Shown: positions 1-19,233 of the stretch, in pieces
Position numbering within the stretch: the stretch's first letter is position 1
How the letters are laid out: each line of letters opens with the position of its first letter
Translations under genes and position numbers: made by a program
Source of the DNA: the human T2T-CHM13v2.0 reference genome, Homo sapiens
DNA length: 64,000 bases
Strand: one strand, 5' to 3'
Assembly (NCBI RefSeq): GCF_009914755.1
Contig: NC_060936.1
The notes under the pieces: generated by a model
What the model saw: the letters and a program-made list of their open reading frames with translations, nothing else
Told to the model about the DNA's origin: nothing
The model's database searches: none

Positions 1-166
<166 letters not shown>

Positions 167-346
167 CTAACCTGATCCTCACTATAACCTTATGTAGTAG
201 GAAGGGCAGGTGTTAATATCTCCAAGTCTGTCACAATGTTTTCTCCTCTTATATCATGGTGCATCTCATGTCTAATTATCTCAATTTCTAAAACATAAGA
301 AGCAAAAGGAGTTAAGGAGGGTAGTAAAAACTGGAAATATGGGTAG

Positions 347-701
<355 letters not shown>

Positions 702-761
702 CAGCCATCCTTCTTAGTGAGACCACTTTGCTTGATCAGAACCTAATAACTGCCCTCTTCA

Positions 762-935
<174 letters not shown>

Positions 936-1385
936 CTAAATATGAGTACAGCAGTGAGCAGTTTGCTTAAAGCTTAGTAAAATGCCCCAGGTCTATCCTC
1001 CTATCATTTTAAAAAGATTATTCTCTTAGAATCTCACAACAGGAACGACCCCATTCTCTTGTCTTTACTTTCTGAGATCAGGCTTTTTTTTAAGAGAAAA
1101 TTACCTTCAGAGTGAACTTTTACTAGGCTAGGGAAATGGACAGGTAACTAGCCAAACTTGTGTATCACGTTTAACACATGAACCTTACATCAACCTCTGG
1201 GCATTTCCCCCCACTGAGGCTAATCACAGTTTACCCAGGAAGTTAAAAGTAAGCTCTAACTAGTTCCTCTTAAAACACTTTATTAGAGATTTTGTTAGAA
1301 AGTGTTCTATGCTTAACACTTCAGCACCATGGCTGAGCTTAAATTCTCAACTCTAAGCAACAGAAGTTTTAGAAAGTCACTTTGC

Positions 1386-1680
1386 ACCCGGTGCGGTGGC
1401 TCACGCCTATAATCCCAACACTTTGGGAGGCTGAGGCAGGCAGATCACGAGGTCAGGAGTTCAAGACAGCCTGACCAGCATGGTGAAACCTGTGTCTACT
1501 AAAAATACAAAAATTAGCCAGTCGTGGTGGCATGTGCCTTTAATTCCAGCTACTCAGGAGGCTGAGGCAGGAGAATTGCTTGAACCTGGGAGGCAGAGGT
1601 TGTAGTGAGCTGAGATGCGCCATTGCACTCCAGCCTGGGCAACAGACCGAGACACCGTCTCAAAAAAAAAAAAGAAAGAA
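1386..1680 (+). mobile_element. AluS
   Basis: Full dimer; TSD AGAAAGTCACTT 1371-1382 / 1681-1692. Confidence 0.95.
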
Positions 1681-1960
1681 AGAAAGTCACTTCTTGCCTT
1701 TAGATGGAAAACAAATTGCTTTTTCCCTATTGTCAGCTGTCTGAATAAGGTTTAGCTCATGAAACAAATATAAATCAGTTCAAAAGTCCAATGTGTTTTT
1801 TTGCAAAAATTAAATTAGATAACACTCTTGGTAACAAATCTGAATCTTTTCCCTAATCCAGATCTACTCTCTAAATTAATAACCTCATTACTTAATCAAG
1901 TTCAGCCATGTACATAGTCTCTTTTCCCTACATAAGCATCAAAAGGAGACTTGAGTTTGA

Positions 1961-2845
<885 letters not shown>

Positions 2846-3554
2846 AAACCAAGCCATCTCTATAACTTATGTTTGAATTGCCAAAGGAAATTCCCCATAA
2901 CTGTATCTAGTTCACAGGTGCTAGTGGGACACATTTGATCTGCAGGTAGATACCTTGTAATTCTTGAACTGAAATATAAAAAGAGGAGAAAATGATACTG
3001 AAAAATAGATATGGGAAATACAAAGGCATATTTGCTCATTTACTGCTTTTGTATGAGGCAGTTATGTAACTTACTATCCCCTGGCTAATTATTCTAATTG
3101 TATATCATCCTGATGATATCAAATGAGTATCTGAAAACTTCATGAGCCACTTAGCACTTTAGCCCCAGTTAGACATAGCATAAATGCAAATTTATGGCCA
3201 AATGTAGAATTTAAAAAAGAAAATTATTTTATTATTTGGAAAATTAAATCAAAGCATATGTTCTATGTTTCAGAGTGTCATCCTAACTATGTAAAGGATA
3301 TATTTGGCACATATGAGTTTTCTGGCCATAGGGGATTGATGAAGCCTATACTAGTTGTAGAGTGAGCATAATTTTCACCTAATAAATACAAGCTCTTTTC
3401 TCTCTCTTATCATTTGATTTGGGGAAGTGCAAAAGTCTGAGGCAGTAATTATATTGTCAAGATCTCCTAGCTACTTTCTTAGTTCTAGGACCACAAGAAG
3501 TGCCTCTCTGCCCCATCTTTCCCAGGTCCTGGGAATACTGGCCCATCCCCTTCA

Positions 3555-3800
<246 letters not shown>

Positions 3801-4063
3801 TTAATAAGCATGTTATTTTACTTATCATTTTGCTAACTCTTGCTCATAAAACCTTGTCTCTCCCCCACAGACACATTATCTTGTAGTCATTTTGTGTTAC
3901 ACTTTTACTTATATATTTTCAGCCTTTACTACATCTTGTTCCTTAGCCCATTTCTAATATTAGCACTTTGGTCAGAATTATGTGGAAAGTCTTTTTCCAG
4001 CTCTATTTATAGAAACAAATAGGTGTAGTCTGCCATGAAAATTATACATTTAGTTCTTACTTA

Positions 4064-4189
<126 letters not shown>

Positions 4190-5065
4190 TCATGCCCTTC
4201 CTCCTTTGAAGAATATTCTCCTGCTCTTCCCTCAACTCTATCATCCCACCAATCTCCACAAATAACACATTTAATTTCTTCAAGAAAAATACCTCAAATA
4301 CCTTAGGTATTCCTTCTTTTCCAGTTCCTAGGGAAGTACAATGCAGTAGGGAATTAATTTTATACCTAGGCTAATGAACGCTACCATAGTTTCACAGAGA
4401 ATCTCTGGTAGCTGTATGGTCAGATAAAAATGCAAGTGAGTCAGAGTGAAAGGAAAATCTACTAAGGAGTTCTGTGTGCAGTCTGTTTTACTTTCTATGG
4501 TGACCAGGGATAATCTCATTCTCATCAGCCCCTTCTTGGGAGCTTTTCCAAAGTGTAGCTTTAAATAGCCAGCTATTTATCCTGCTAAATATAGCCAGCT
4601 CCCTGTAAGAGGAAAAGATCCAGGAACAAAAGTCACAAAGTCTAAAACCAACTCTGATATGGCCACCACTTTAGGTGAGATCCAAACCCTTTCTGGACTC
4701 TGTAATCCTAAGAGTCTTACCCAATGTTATAAAGTAGATGATATCCTGAAGGCCATCTATTACAACTCTTTATGATACAGGAAAAGGAATAAGTGATCCA
4801 AAGACTCAAAGAAATTTGTTCAAGGTTAGTTACATAGAGTTGATGGTAGATTTGGAGCTAAAACCCAAATCTATAACATCAAGCTACTTCCCTATTCAAT
4901 GTGGAAAAATGGAAGCAATGAACACGTATTTGTTGTTTCTAAGTTAGGCTCTGTGAGGACTTAGGACTGACAATGGAAATAAAGGGCACTGTCCTATTTG
5001 TTCCCACCTGAACACCAGAATAATGAGAGTCTACACCTCGCTAAGAAGTAAAGAAAAAATTTTAC

Positions 5066-5115
5066 CTTGAGAAAACAAAGGCCATTTGACAAACTCGACA
5101 AGTATAATCTATCAC
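5066..5115 (-). CDS. TMEM116: TMEM116 coding exon (50 nt): VIDYTCRVCQMAFVFS(S)
   Basis: ttcttttcacag|GTGATA...CTCAAG|gtaaa; phase-2 end matches next exon. Confidence 0.95.
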
Positions 5116-6077
5116 CTGTGAAAAGAATAAATGTGAGAAATGTCTTAAGACATTGTCAATCATATAATAATAAATACCAGATCATCAGTTAACACTCAAT
5201 AGAACAAAAAGATTTCCAAAAGCCAGTTTGCTTCTGTCAAGCAATATTTGCTATAAAATTCATCAAATAGATAGTTCCTTATTAGCACTGTATATAATAG
5301 AATTTTATCTCTATTACTATATTCTAAAAAGTACAACAACAACAACAACAAAGCCACAAAGAAAGCCTGCAGGAAGTAGCCTAATATGGACTTTGGGCAC
5401 TCAAACAAATTCTTTTAAAAAGAAAGGCATATATGAAATCATATAGTAACCCTCTATCTTCTAATAACAGTTCAGCTCTTTTCTCTTAGACCCAGAGATG
5501 TGTGGACTTCTTCAGACTTTATGAGTGGAATGAAACCCTTCTTATAAGACGACCAGTAAAAAGTGTAATAGTCCAGGATTAGTATAATAGGGCAGGGTCA
5601 AATATGCCCTTTGGATATAAGACTGTTAGACACTACACGATAGAACATTTTCAAAATCTTGACTTGTGTTAGACACTGTAAAACAACTTACAGAATAGTT
5701 TTTCCTACCCTCTAGGACCTTATGATGTAAGACTTTGAACAGAACATCTTAAAGAAATAATAGAATTAAAAATAAGCTTTTTTCTAATTTAAGATAGAAA
5801 ACATATATTTGGAATGGCATTGTTAGGGATCAATAAGCATTAAGTGAGTAATTAATCAATAATCAGATATTGGTAATTAATTTGCCCCAAACAGTTTGGA
5901 GCAGGAATAGGACAGCTAGCATTGACTTTAGGAAAATAAATAAAATTGTTTTTTGTGACCCCTCCCACTCACTTCCCTTCTTCACTTTTTATTCTTTCCT
6001 CTGTCAGGTGGTTATCCAGTGTTTAACTCCTATTTTTACCTGGGTACCAATGAATCTCTGATAAAAAGCTTATTGCT

Positions 6078-7364
<1,287 letters not shown>

Positions 7365-7365
<1 letters not shown>

Positions 7366-7426
7366 ACATATATATATATACATACACACACACACACACA
7401 CATATATATACACACATATATATGTG

Positions 7427-7458
<32 letters not shown>

Positions 7459-7487
7459 TATATATGTGTGTATATATATATATATAT
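7365..7487. repeat. Compound (TA)n/(CA)n/(TG)n repeat
   Basis: Alternating purine-pyrimidine tract, partly self-complementary. Confidence 0.95.
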
Positions 7488-7998
7488 CTTCGGCTAAAGC
7501 TTTTCTTCTTGAAACCAGTGATAGAGTATGGGTTATAAAGAGAAGTACAGTATATGCATTTGTATGCATAGAAAGCAGTAGGATACCATATTTGAGAGCT
7601 AATCTTATGTCCTTCCCATTTTTCTTTCAAATATTTTTTTGTTCTGCTGCCAGGAGCTTAAGCCTCAGAAAATTATTGCCCCATGTTTTCTCCATTCTTG
7701 GCTTCTGGTCTAATCATGGCAACTTCTTTAGGGAATGACTTGTGGCTGAATAAGTCTCACAAGCTACAGTTAGTCTACTGGCTTTTGAGTGAATGAATGA
7801 ATAAATAAAAACTTGAAATGCTATCCCTGTAAGGCTGCTGGACTTTTTAGACATTCATTTACCTAAAGGGAAAGATACTGAATAATTATTTCTTTACAGT
7901 ATCTTTCAGTTACAGAATACTAAAGGATATATAGCCACGGGTCCTTACTAACTTGTAGGGAGCTAAGAAACTAAGCGAGTTTAAAATATGGAAGAGTA

Positions 7999-8545
<547 letters not shown>

Positions 8546-8818
8546 TTATATAGACAATGATATCTTGTTCAGGATACTGCTTAAGGGCCTCTTCATGTTA
8601 CTTTTTCAGTTATTTCCTCAGTGTCCTTTCTCCTTAAAGCAAGAAAGAGTAAGAGACAGAAATTTTAAAAGCATTCTCTGCCCCTACCCTTCTTCAAACA
8701 TGAACGTCTAGAACAACATAAAAAAGTAAGAAGAGTACCTCCTTAAGAAGTCAATCAGATGAAGAGTTCATAGAATCATAGCATCTTGGGGGTGGAAGGG
8801 ACATTAAAGATCACATAG

Positions 8819-9474
<656 letters not shown>

Positions 9475-9662
9475 AACACTTCATTTTACAATGAAAAATT
9501 GGAGGTGCAAGAAAGGGAGATGATATGTCTAAGGTCACAACAGGAGATAAATAACAGAACTGGGTCTCGCAGGGTTGGCATGGAGTCAAGAAGAATTTCC
9601 CTTGCTGAGTCAAACCAGGCAGGAATGCCAGCACTGTAAATAATACTCCTATAATCAAACCT

Positions 9663-9726
9663 GTATGTGTATGTGTGTGTGTGTGGGTGTGTGTGTGGGT
9701 GTGTGTATGTGTGTGTGAGAGAGAGA
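9663..9726. repeat. Imperfect (TG)n(GA)n microsatellite
   Basis: Direct inspection. Confidence 0.9.
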
Positions 9727-9866
9727 AGGGAGAAGAGGAAGTGATGTCAAAAGAATGGAAACAGTGGGAACACGTTTTTTCTTCAATTAACCTCCATAAA
9801 TGCACCTAGCTAGTGCTAAATGCTTACACCGTTTATCAGGGATATACAGGGATTGTTTTTACACAC

Positions 9867-10125
9867 TTTTTTTTTTTTGAGACAGGGTCTGTCTCTGTCA
9901 CCCAGGCTGGGGTACAGTGGCTCAAGTGATCCTCCCACTTCAGCCCCCGGAGTAGCTAGGACTCCAGGCATGTGCTACAATGCCCGGCTAATTTTTTTGG
10001 TATTTTTTGTAGAGATGGGCTTTCACCACTTGCCCAGACTGGCCTCGAATTCCTGGGCATAAGCAATCTGCCCCCCTCAGCCTCCCTAACTGCTGGGATT
10101 ACAGGTAGGAGTCACCACACCCGGC
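9867..10125 (-). mobile_element. AluJ-like
   Basis: Alu consensus with an internal deletion; ~40 bp from an exon donor. Confidence 0.88.
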
Positions 10126-10167
10126 CTAGCATACTATTATTAACTATCAGCCCTGAATAAAACTTAC

Positions 10168-10272
10168 CAGTGGAGATGTGCTCTGTCCACTCTGGGTGTG
10201 TTTCATCCTCAGCTCTGTGTACAAATACCAGATGTAATTGACGGTGTAGAGAAATGAGGAAATGTAGAATAT
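10168..10272 (-). CDS. TMEM116: TMEM116 coding exon (105 nt, phase 0-0): IFYISSFLYTVNYIWYLYTELRMKHTQSGQSTSPL
   Basis: ttttaacctag|ATATTC...CCACTG|gtaagt; contains internal ATG (10206-10204, MKHTQ) with A at -3. Confidence 0.95.
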
Positions 10273-10432
10273 CTAGGTTAAAATCAAAACAACCCATCAT
10301 AACTATCTCACTCTGACACTGTGAAGTTCTTTCAACATACTTCATTATTTTCTATTATGAGAATCCTACCTACTAGTCTATTAGTAATGTACCATCTAGT
10401 GTCCATACCAGGCAAAACCATACCAAGTCTGA

Positions 10433-10746
<314 letters not shown>

Positions 10747-11281
10747 TGAAACTCTAACAGGCCTACCTAAAACATGCCCTGCTTCCTTATTTTATCCTTT
10801 GGACTGTTCAAAAGAACCACAGCATTATCCACCTCTACCTGCCCCACAGTCCCACTTTTACGAAGATATCATATAATCTTTTTCTATTTTATTTTTTAAT
10901 TGAAAAGGCAATAAGGATTTCTACTTCTAGTAATGACAGGCTAAGCTATTTGAATCAACTTTCCATTCAAAAGAACTAAACATGCTGAATAAGATATTTT
11001 TTAAAAAATCCTTAAAAGAACCTAAGAACTGAGATGATATCAAGGAACTAGTAGGATAAAATCTAAGAGAAGGAATTTCTACTTCCAGCTTTGATGAGAT
11101 AACAGGAATAGAATTTACCCTCCAGCCTTAAACAACTAAAAATTGAATAAAATATATGAAAATATCCAGTTTTCAAACAGTAGGCAACAAGCAGAAGAGA
11201 ACAGCAATCCCTGAAAAAAGAAAAGCAAGGCGAGTCCATCAAGTACCCCAGCTCACCAGCTGGTAAGAGCGAGTATAGGAG

Positions 11282-12354
<1,073 letters not shown>

Positions 12355-12661
12355 TCATAGCAGATACATAAGCATTCTAAATTTGACCCTTCTTGAAGTT
12401 TTCAGGTTTAAAATTTTGTAACACCTTAAGTGATATTGTTAAAAACCTCAAGAACTGTAATTAATGTTAACATTCTTCAATAGCAAAGATAAATGATTAT
12501 TAATTTATCATCTTAACTACTTTGTATTATTTTGAGAGACTCAGGACTCATCTTTATTTTGTTAAACTCCCAGAGACACAAATATTCATTGAATGACTAC
12601 CTTGCATAAAGAAGAATCTATGATAGGGAAGACAAATGAGAACCTTCTGCTTAATCTCATA

Positions 12662-12922
12662 CAGATAGTCCCTAACTTTATAATTGTACAACTTATAATT
12701 TTTCAACTTTATTATGGTATAAAAGAGATATGCATTCAGTAGAAACTGTACTTCTTTATGTACCCATACACCCATTCTGTTTTTCACTTTCAGGACAGTA
12801 TTCAATAAATTAAATGAGATATTCAACACTTTATTATAAAATAGGCTTTGTGTTTTGCCCAACTGTAGGCTAATGTAAGTGTTCTGAGCATGTTTAAGTT
12901 AGGCTAGGCAAAGCTATGATGT
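12662..12922 (-). mobile_element. Tigger-family MITE (MER47A-like), one end missing
   Basis: TA|CAGATAGTCCC terminus; recalled consensus match; ends abruptly against ERV sequence. Confidence 0.7.
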
Positions 12923-13111
12923 TTTAATTCCACAATCTGTTTCTTTAAATTTTCAACCATCTCCTAAACTGAAGCTTTATGTTTAGAACAATGTTTTCCT
13001 CTAGTATAACTTGATTCTGTACTCCTGGATTTTCTTGATTTGTCAAAATTGTTCCATGTAACCAGACAATTTCACATGCTTTTACTTTTTCTAAAATCCA
13101 TACATTCCCCT

Positions 13112-13600
13112 TGCCAAGACCAGCTTGGTCATGGAGACCCTAACCCAGTGGTGCTAGAGGAATTAAAGACACACACACAGAAATATAGTGTGGAGCGGGA
13201 TCAGGGGGCTGACAGCCTTCAGAGCTGAGAGCCCTGAACAGAGTTTGACTCACATATTTATTGACAGCAAGTCAGTAATAAGCATTAGTTCTATAGATTA
13301 TAGATTAACTAAAAGTATTCCTTACAGGAAACAAACGGATGGGCCAAAACAAAGAGATGGGCTCTGGCTAGTTATCTGCAGCAGGAACATGTCCTTAAGG
13401 CGCAGATCGCTCAGGATATTGTTTGTGGTTTAGGAACACCTTTAAGTGGTTTTCCACCCTGGGTGGGCCAGGTGTTCCTTGCCCTCATTCCAGTAAACCC
13501 ACAACCTTCAGCGTGGGCGTCATGGCCATCACAAACATGTCACAGTGCTGCAGAGATTTTGTTTATGGCCAGTTTGGGATTTGGGGGCCTGTTCCCAACA
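13112..13600 (-). mobile_element. MER9 solo LTR (HERV-K HML-3)
   Basis: Minus strand begins TGTTGGGAACAGGCCCCC and ends ...TCTTGGCA; TSD CCCCT 13107-13111 / 13601-13605. Confidence 0.88.
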
Positions 13601-13698
13601 CCCCTGCTTAAGATACTAGTTTTCTTGTTTACTTCTCCTATAAAACTGTGTACACTCTCATAATCTTGAACACATACTCTTCCAGTATCTGATTAAAA

Positions 13699-13834
13699 CC
13701 CATTTATGCCTAGTGTTCCATTATTGGAATGCTAAGCATGTAGAAGTTACATCCTACTGCTCAAGGTCATCCCCAAGGTCTGATTTTTCACACGTCTGCA
13801 ATTCAAAAAAGCTGCAACCTCCAGCATAAATGGG
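13699..13834 (+). mobile_element. MER85 piggyBac-derived MITE
   Basis: TIRs CCCATTTATGC...GCATAAATGGG, internal palindrome GTTCCATTATTGGAA, TTAA on the right (13835-13838). Confidence 0.9.
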
Positions 13835-15700
13835 TTAAAGTCAAGTACCTTTTCATCAGATTTGACTCCCAGGTCATCTAAATGAACTTTCCATAAAAAG
13901 AAAAAAAAATCATATTACAGGTTTTTCTTTAAATTCTTGATAACTGGCCTAAAAAAACCAAAGATTTTACATTTAATCAAAATAATTTCCTGTGTTTCAT
14001 ATTGTTATATTGGGTTTTTAATTAAAGTGTTAAAAAATTTATATCCACATAAATTTCTGTACTTGCTTTTAAAGACTTTTTTTTTTTTTTTTGCTTTTAA
14101 AGACTTTTGATGGTCACTCTGGTTAAATAAATGATTATTATTTCATAGTGACATGTGATCCTGTTTTGAGCAAGTGTTTTAAACCTTTTAACATCTTTGA
14201 CAGGCTTCCCCAGAATCAGACTCTAAATTAAGTCTTTTTTGACTTCAAACTAACTTTGGGTTATTCCATTTGGCCTCAGAACTTCTCAAAAGTTTATAAA
14301 AGAGAAATATTAAACAAAATCAGGCTTACTTGAGATGTCAAATTATATGGAAAACATTGTCAAAAGGTAAGTGATGTTAGATCTACTTTCAGTTACTTTT
14401 ATGGGTATGTTATTGATATAAATGTTCCAAAATTGTACAAAACTCTTAAAATCTAATATGGTATCAGTCATAATTCTGATTACTATTTTATACCACAAAA
14501 ATAACCACATTTAATTGTGAATGTCTGGTTATGGTAAACTTTCACCAGATTTTACATGGTTATTCAAAGGTTGTGTCATCCTCAGTTATTGTTTTCATTC
14601 TTCCCTACAGGTATCTGCAATCAGATTCATGAAAAAGACTCTAACAAGTACTCTTAAATACAAATTTCTAATAACTTCAATATTAATGGACTAAATACAA
14701 ATTTTCCAAAACTCCAATGCAAAAATTAATAAATCTGCAAAACTGCTAATCAAGATAAAACCAAAAAATTAGTTACATGAGATTAAATAACATAAAAGTA
14801 ATGTTTTTATGACTTTTATTTAAAAGTTTATTTGGAATTAAAGTATTTGGCTGGCTAAAACAAATACATTTTTTAAAACCTTGTTGTTTTTTGTTTCCTG
14901 TTGGGACTCAGGAAAAAGAAAAAACACTGTTGGTTCTTTACTTAAATGTTTTGTTTTCCAAATTTTAAAAACTGGTCGGGCCAAGGATCACTCATCTGGT
15001 TTGGGAGATCCAGCCTAGCAGGTACAAGGTAAAAAACATGCTTTTCTCAGAGGTTAATTTACATATAAGCACTGAGTTCAGCTAGAAGCCTTGAAACTTA
15101 TATTCCTCCCTGCTCAGCCACCTTGCTGCTCCTGTTGAGGGAGGGCTACCGTGCCCATCCAGGAAAGAAATAGTTCAAGTCTTCTGAGAAACGTAGGAGT
15201 TCAGAGTAAGGTGAGATGAGAAGACAGAATCACAGATAGAATTTGAATAGGTTAGGGGGAAGAGGGTTGGGCATTCTAAACAAAGGGCTAGAATAGGAAA
15301 AGGGGCAGAGACAGGAATAAGGATGTCTAGTTTCCCACAGGAACTTAGTGCTTCATACAGTGCCAATCAATAGTAGGTCCTCAGTAAATATTTTGATCAA
15401 TAGTAGGTAGTCAGTAAATATTTTGTTGGATGGCTAAAAGATATTCAGGCCACCTGCATACCTAGAGCATCTCAAACTTGGTACATAAAACAAGTGGCAG
15501 TATCTTGGGGAATAATCAAAGCACCAAAACAAAAATGGCAACAATTTTACCAGATTTACTAGTAGGTAAACTAAAACTTTTAAAAATTTAAAACAAATAT
15601 ACTCATGCATATATTTATTTTAATTTTATACATCATATGGGATTATATGGCAGGGGGGCTTTGTAAATTGCAAAGTTCCAATAAATTCTTTTTAAAAAAT

Positions 15701-16060
15701 GGCTGGGCATGGTAGCTCACACCTGTGATTCCAATACTTTGGTAGTCCTAGCCAAGAGGATCACTTGAGGCTAGGAGTTTGAGACCAGCCTGGACAACAT
15801 AGCAAGACCTCATCTCTACAAAAAATAAAATAAAATAAAATTAGCTGGGCATGGTGGTGCACACCTGCAGTCCCAGCTACTCAGAGCTACTCAGGAGGCT
15901 GAGGTGGTGGGGTGGCGGGGGTGGCGGGGGTTGCTTGAGCTTAGGAGTTAGAGGCTGCAGTGAACTATGATTGCGCCACTGTGCTCCAACCTGGGCAATA
16001 GGGCAAGGCCCTCTCCCCCAACCCCCACCCCCAAAAAAGAAAGAAAACAAAAACAAAAAC
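15701..16060 (+). mobile_element. AluJ-like
   Basis: Alu consensus with a G-rich insertion. Confidence 0.88.
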
Positions 16061-16737
16061 AAAATCTTTTTCTCTTAAGCTATCTACAGTTTACACTAAT
16101 TTGATAAAATATGCTTTTATAAAGAAAAGTAAAATCATTTACTTTTTCTCCCTACTTGATCCCTTCAAAACTAAAAAACTACCCATAAGTATTCTTATTC
16201 TTATAACAATATAGTTGATTCCACAAGTTCAATAAAAATATGCTATTTTTATAATGGAATACAATTTAAAACATTGCTTATATATATTAGCAAGGTTTTG
16301 ACTAGAATGTCATATTTAAATTGTTTATAGATACTATGGACAAAGTCTAAAGTCTGCCTTCATTTGGCTTCCTAGACTTAAGAACTTTTTAAATCTGAAA
16401 TTACAGTGTGGTCAGTTGCTATTCCTGCTGCACTTATATTAATGATCAGGTAATATTTGATAAAACTAAACTATTTTACAAACAATTTAGTCTTACTCTA
16501 TTATCTTTGGTAAAAATCGCAATTATGGTAAAGAAAAAACTTATGTTTCTAAGAAAATCTGTAATACACCTGTTATTAGACTGTGGCCCTGAGGAATTGT
16601 TTTCAAGTTTTTATTATGTACCTATAGAATGGACTAGATCCTAAAATCTTCTAGGTACCTCCAATCCAACCTTCTTCCATAAAATTACTAAAACCAGGAA
16701 ATGCTGTTCCTAAAACCCTGTAAACTAAAACCAAATA

Positions 16738-17019
16738 GGTCAGGGTGATGGCTCATGCCTGTAATCCCAGCACTTTGGAAGACCGAGGCGGGTGGATCAC
16801 CTGAGGTCAGGAGTTCAAGATCAGCCTGGTCAACATGGTGAGACCCCGTCTCTACTAAAAGTATAAAAATTAGCTGGGCATGGTAGTGCACACCTGTAGT
16901 CCCTGCTACTCAAGAGGCTGAGGCAGGAGAATCACTTGAACCTGGAAGGCAGAGGTTTCAGTGAGCCAAGATCGCACCACTGCAATCCAGCCTGGGTGAC
17001 AACAGTGAGACTCCCTCTC

Positions 17020-17050
<31 letters not shown>

Positions 17051-17063
17051 AAACAACCAAAAA
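16738..17063 (+). mobile_element. AluS
   Basis: Full dimer, (AAAAC)n tail. Confidence 0.93.
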
Positions 17064-17401
17064 AACCTTAAACTAAAGAAATTTTAAGAGATGGGTCTTG
17101 TGCCCGGGGTATGGGCAACACAGAAAGTTCACTGGACTGCCCAATGCCATAACCAGAGACATTAAAAACTACAAACCAAGATGAGAAATTGATGCCTTTA
17201 TGCTGTGGACATCTTTCCCCAGAAACAATGGAATAAGACTCCCCATCATAATGAGACTCTTGCCTCTTAATTTTTCCTTGCTTATGCCTACCTCTTTCAC
17301 TTGGCAGAACATTGGTGTAATTAAAATTTCACAATCAGTAGCCACTGCAGATAACTTGACAAGATCTGATCTTAAAAAAAAAAAAAAAAAAAATCCTTTA
17401 G

Positions 17402-18744
17402 AACAGGATAGAGAGCCCAGAAATAAGGCTGCACATCTACAACTATCTGATCTTCGACGAAGCTGACAAAAACAAGCAATGGGGAAAGGACTCCCTATTC
17501 AATAAATGGTGCTGGGATAACTGGCTAGCCATATGCAGAAGATTGAAACTGTACCCTTTCCTTACACCATATATAAAAATTAACTCAAGATGGATTAAAG
17601 ACTTAAATGTAAAACCCAAAACTATAAAAATCCTGGAAGACAACCTAAGTAATACCATTCTGAACATGGAAACAGACAAAGATTTCATGACAAAGACATC
17701 AAAAGCAATTGCAAAAAATGCAAAAATTGCCAAATGGGATCTAATTAAACTAAAGAGCTTCTGCACAGCAAGAGAAATTACCAACAGAGTAAACAGACAA
17801 CCTACAGAAAGAAAGAAAATTCTTGCAAACTATGCATCTGACAAAGGTCTAATATCTAGCATTTATAAGGAACTTAAAAATCAACTTATAAGAAAAAAGC
17901 CTCATTAAAAAGTGCACAAAGGACATGAACAGATACTTTTCAAAAGAAGACATACATGCAGCCAACAAGCATATGAAAAAAAGCTCAACATCACTGATCA
18001 CTAGACAAACGCAAATCAAAATCACAATGAGATACTATCTCACACCAGTCAGAATGGTGTGGTTACACCACAGATGCTGGTGAGGTTGTAGAGAAAAGGA
18101 AATGCTTATACACTGTTGGTAGGAGTGTAAATTAGTTCAACCATTGTGGAAAACAGTGTGGTGATTCCTCAAAGACCTAAAGACAGAAATACCATTCGAC
18201 TCAGCAATCCCATTACTGGGTATGTGCCCAAAGGAATATAAATCATTTTATCATAAAGACACATGCACACATACGTTTGCTGCAGCACTATTCACAATAG
18301 CAAAGACATAGAATCAACCTAAATGTCCATCAATGGTAGACTGGATAAAGTAAATGTGGTACATATATATCATGGAATACCATACAGTCATAAAAAAGGA
18401 CAAGATCATGTCCTTTTCAGGAACATTGATGGAGCTAGTGGCCATGATCCTTAGCAAACTAACATAGAAACAGGAAACCAAATACCACATGTTCTCATAA
18501 GTGGGAGCTAAATGATGGGAATACATGGACACATAGAGGGAAACAACACACACTGGGGCTTATCAGAGAATGGAGGGTGGAAGGAGGGAGAGGATCAGGA
18601 AAAATAACTAATGGGTACTAGGCTTAAAACCTGGGTGATGAATGAATCTGTACAACAAACCCCCATGACACAAGTTTACCTATATAACAAACCTGCCCAT
18701 GTACCCCTGAACTTAAAATAAGAGTTAAAAAAAAAGGAAAAAAA
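17402..18744 (+). mobile_element. 5'-truncated L1 (older L1PA, ~PA8-13): ORF2 C-terminus and 3' UTR
   Basis: ORF 17543..17908 is an ORF2 fragment ([30 protein letters not shown]); A tail; flanking AAATCCTTTAG / AAATCATTTAG TSD. Confidence 0.9.
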
Positions 18745-18834
18745 AATCATTTAGCCTACCTAGTAGGTGATGTTAGCAACATCCCAATACAACTTTTTGT
18801 TCAGCTTGCACTAAGTTTTCAAACTGACTTAGTG

Positions 18835-19233
<399 letters not shown>

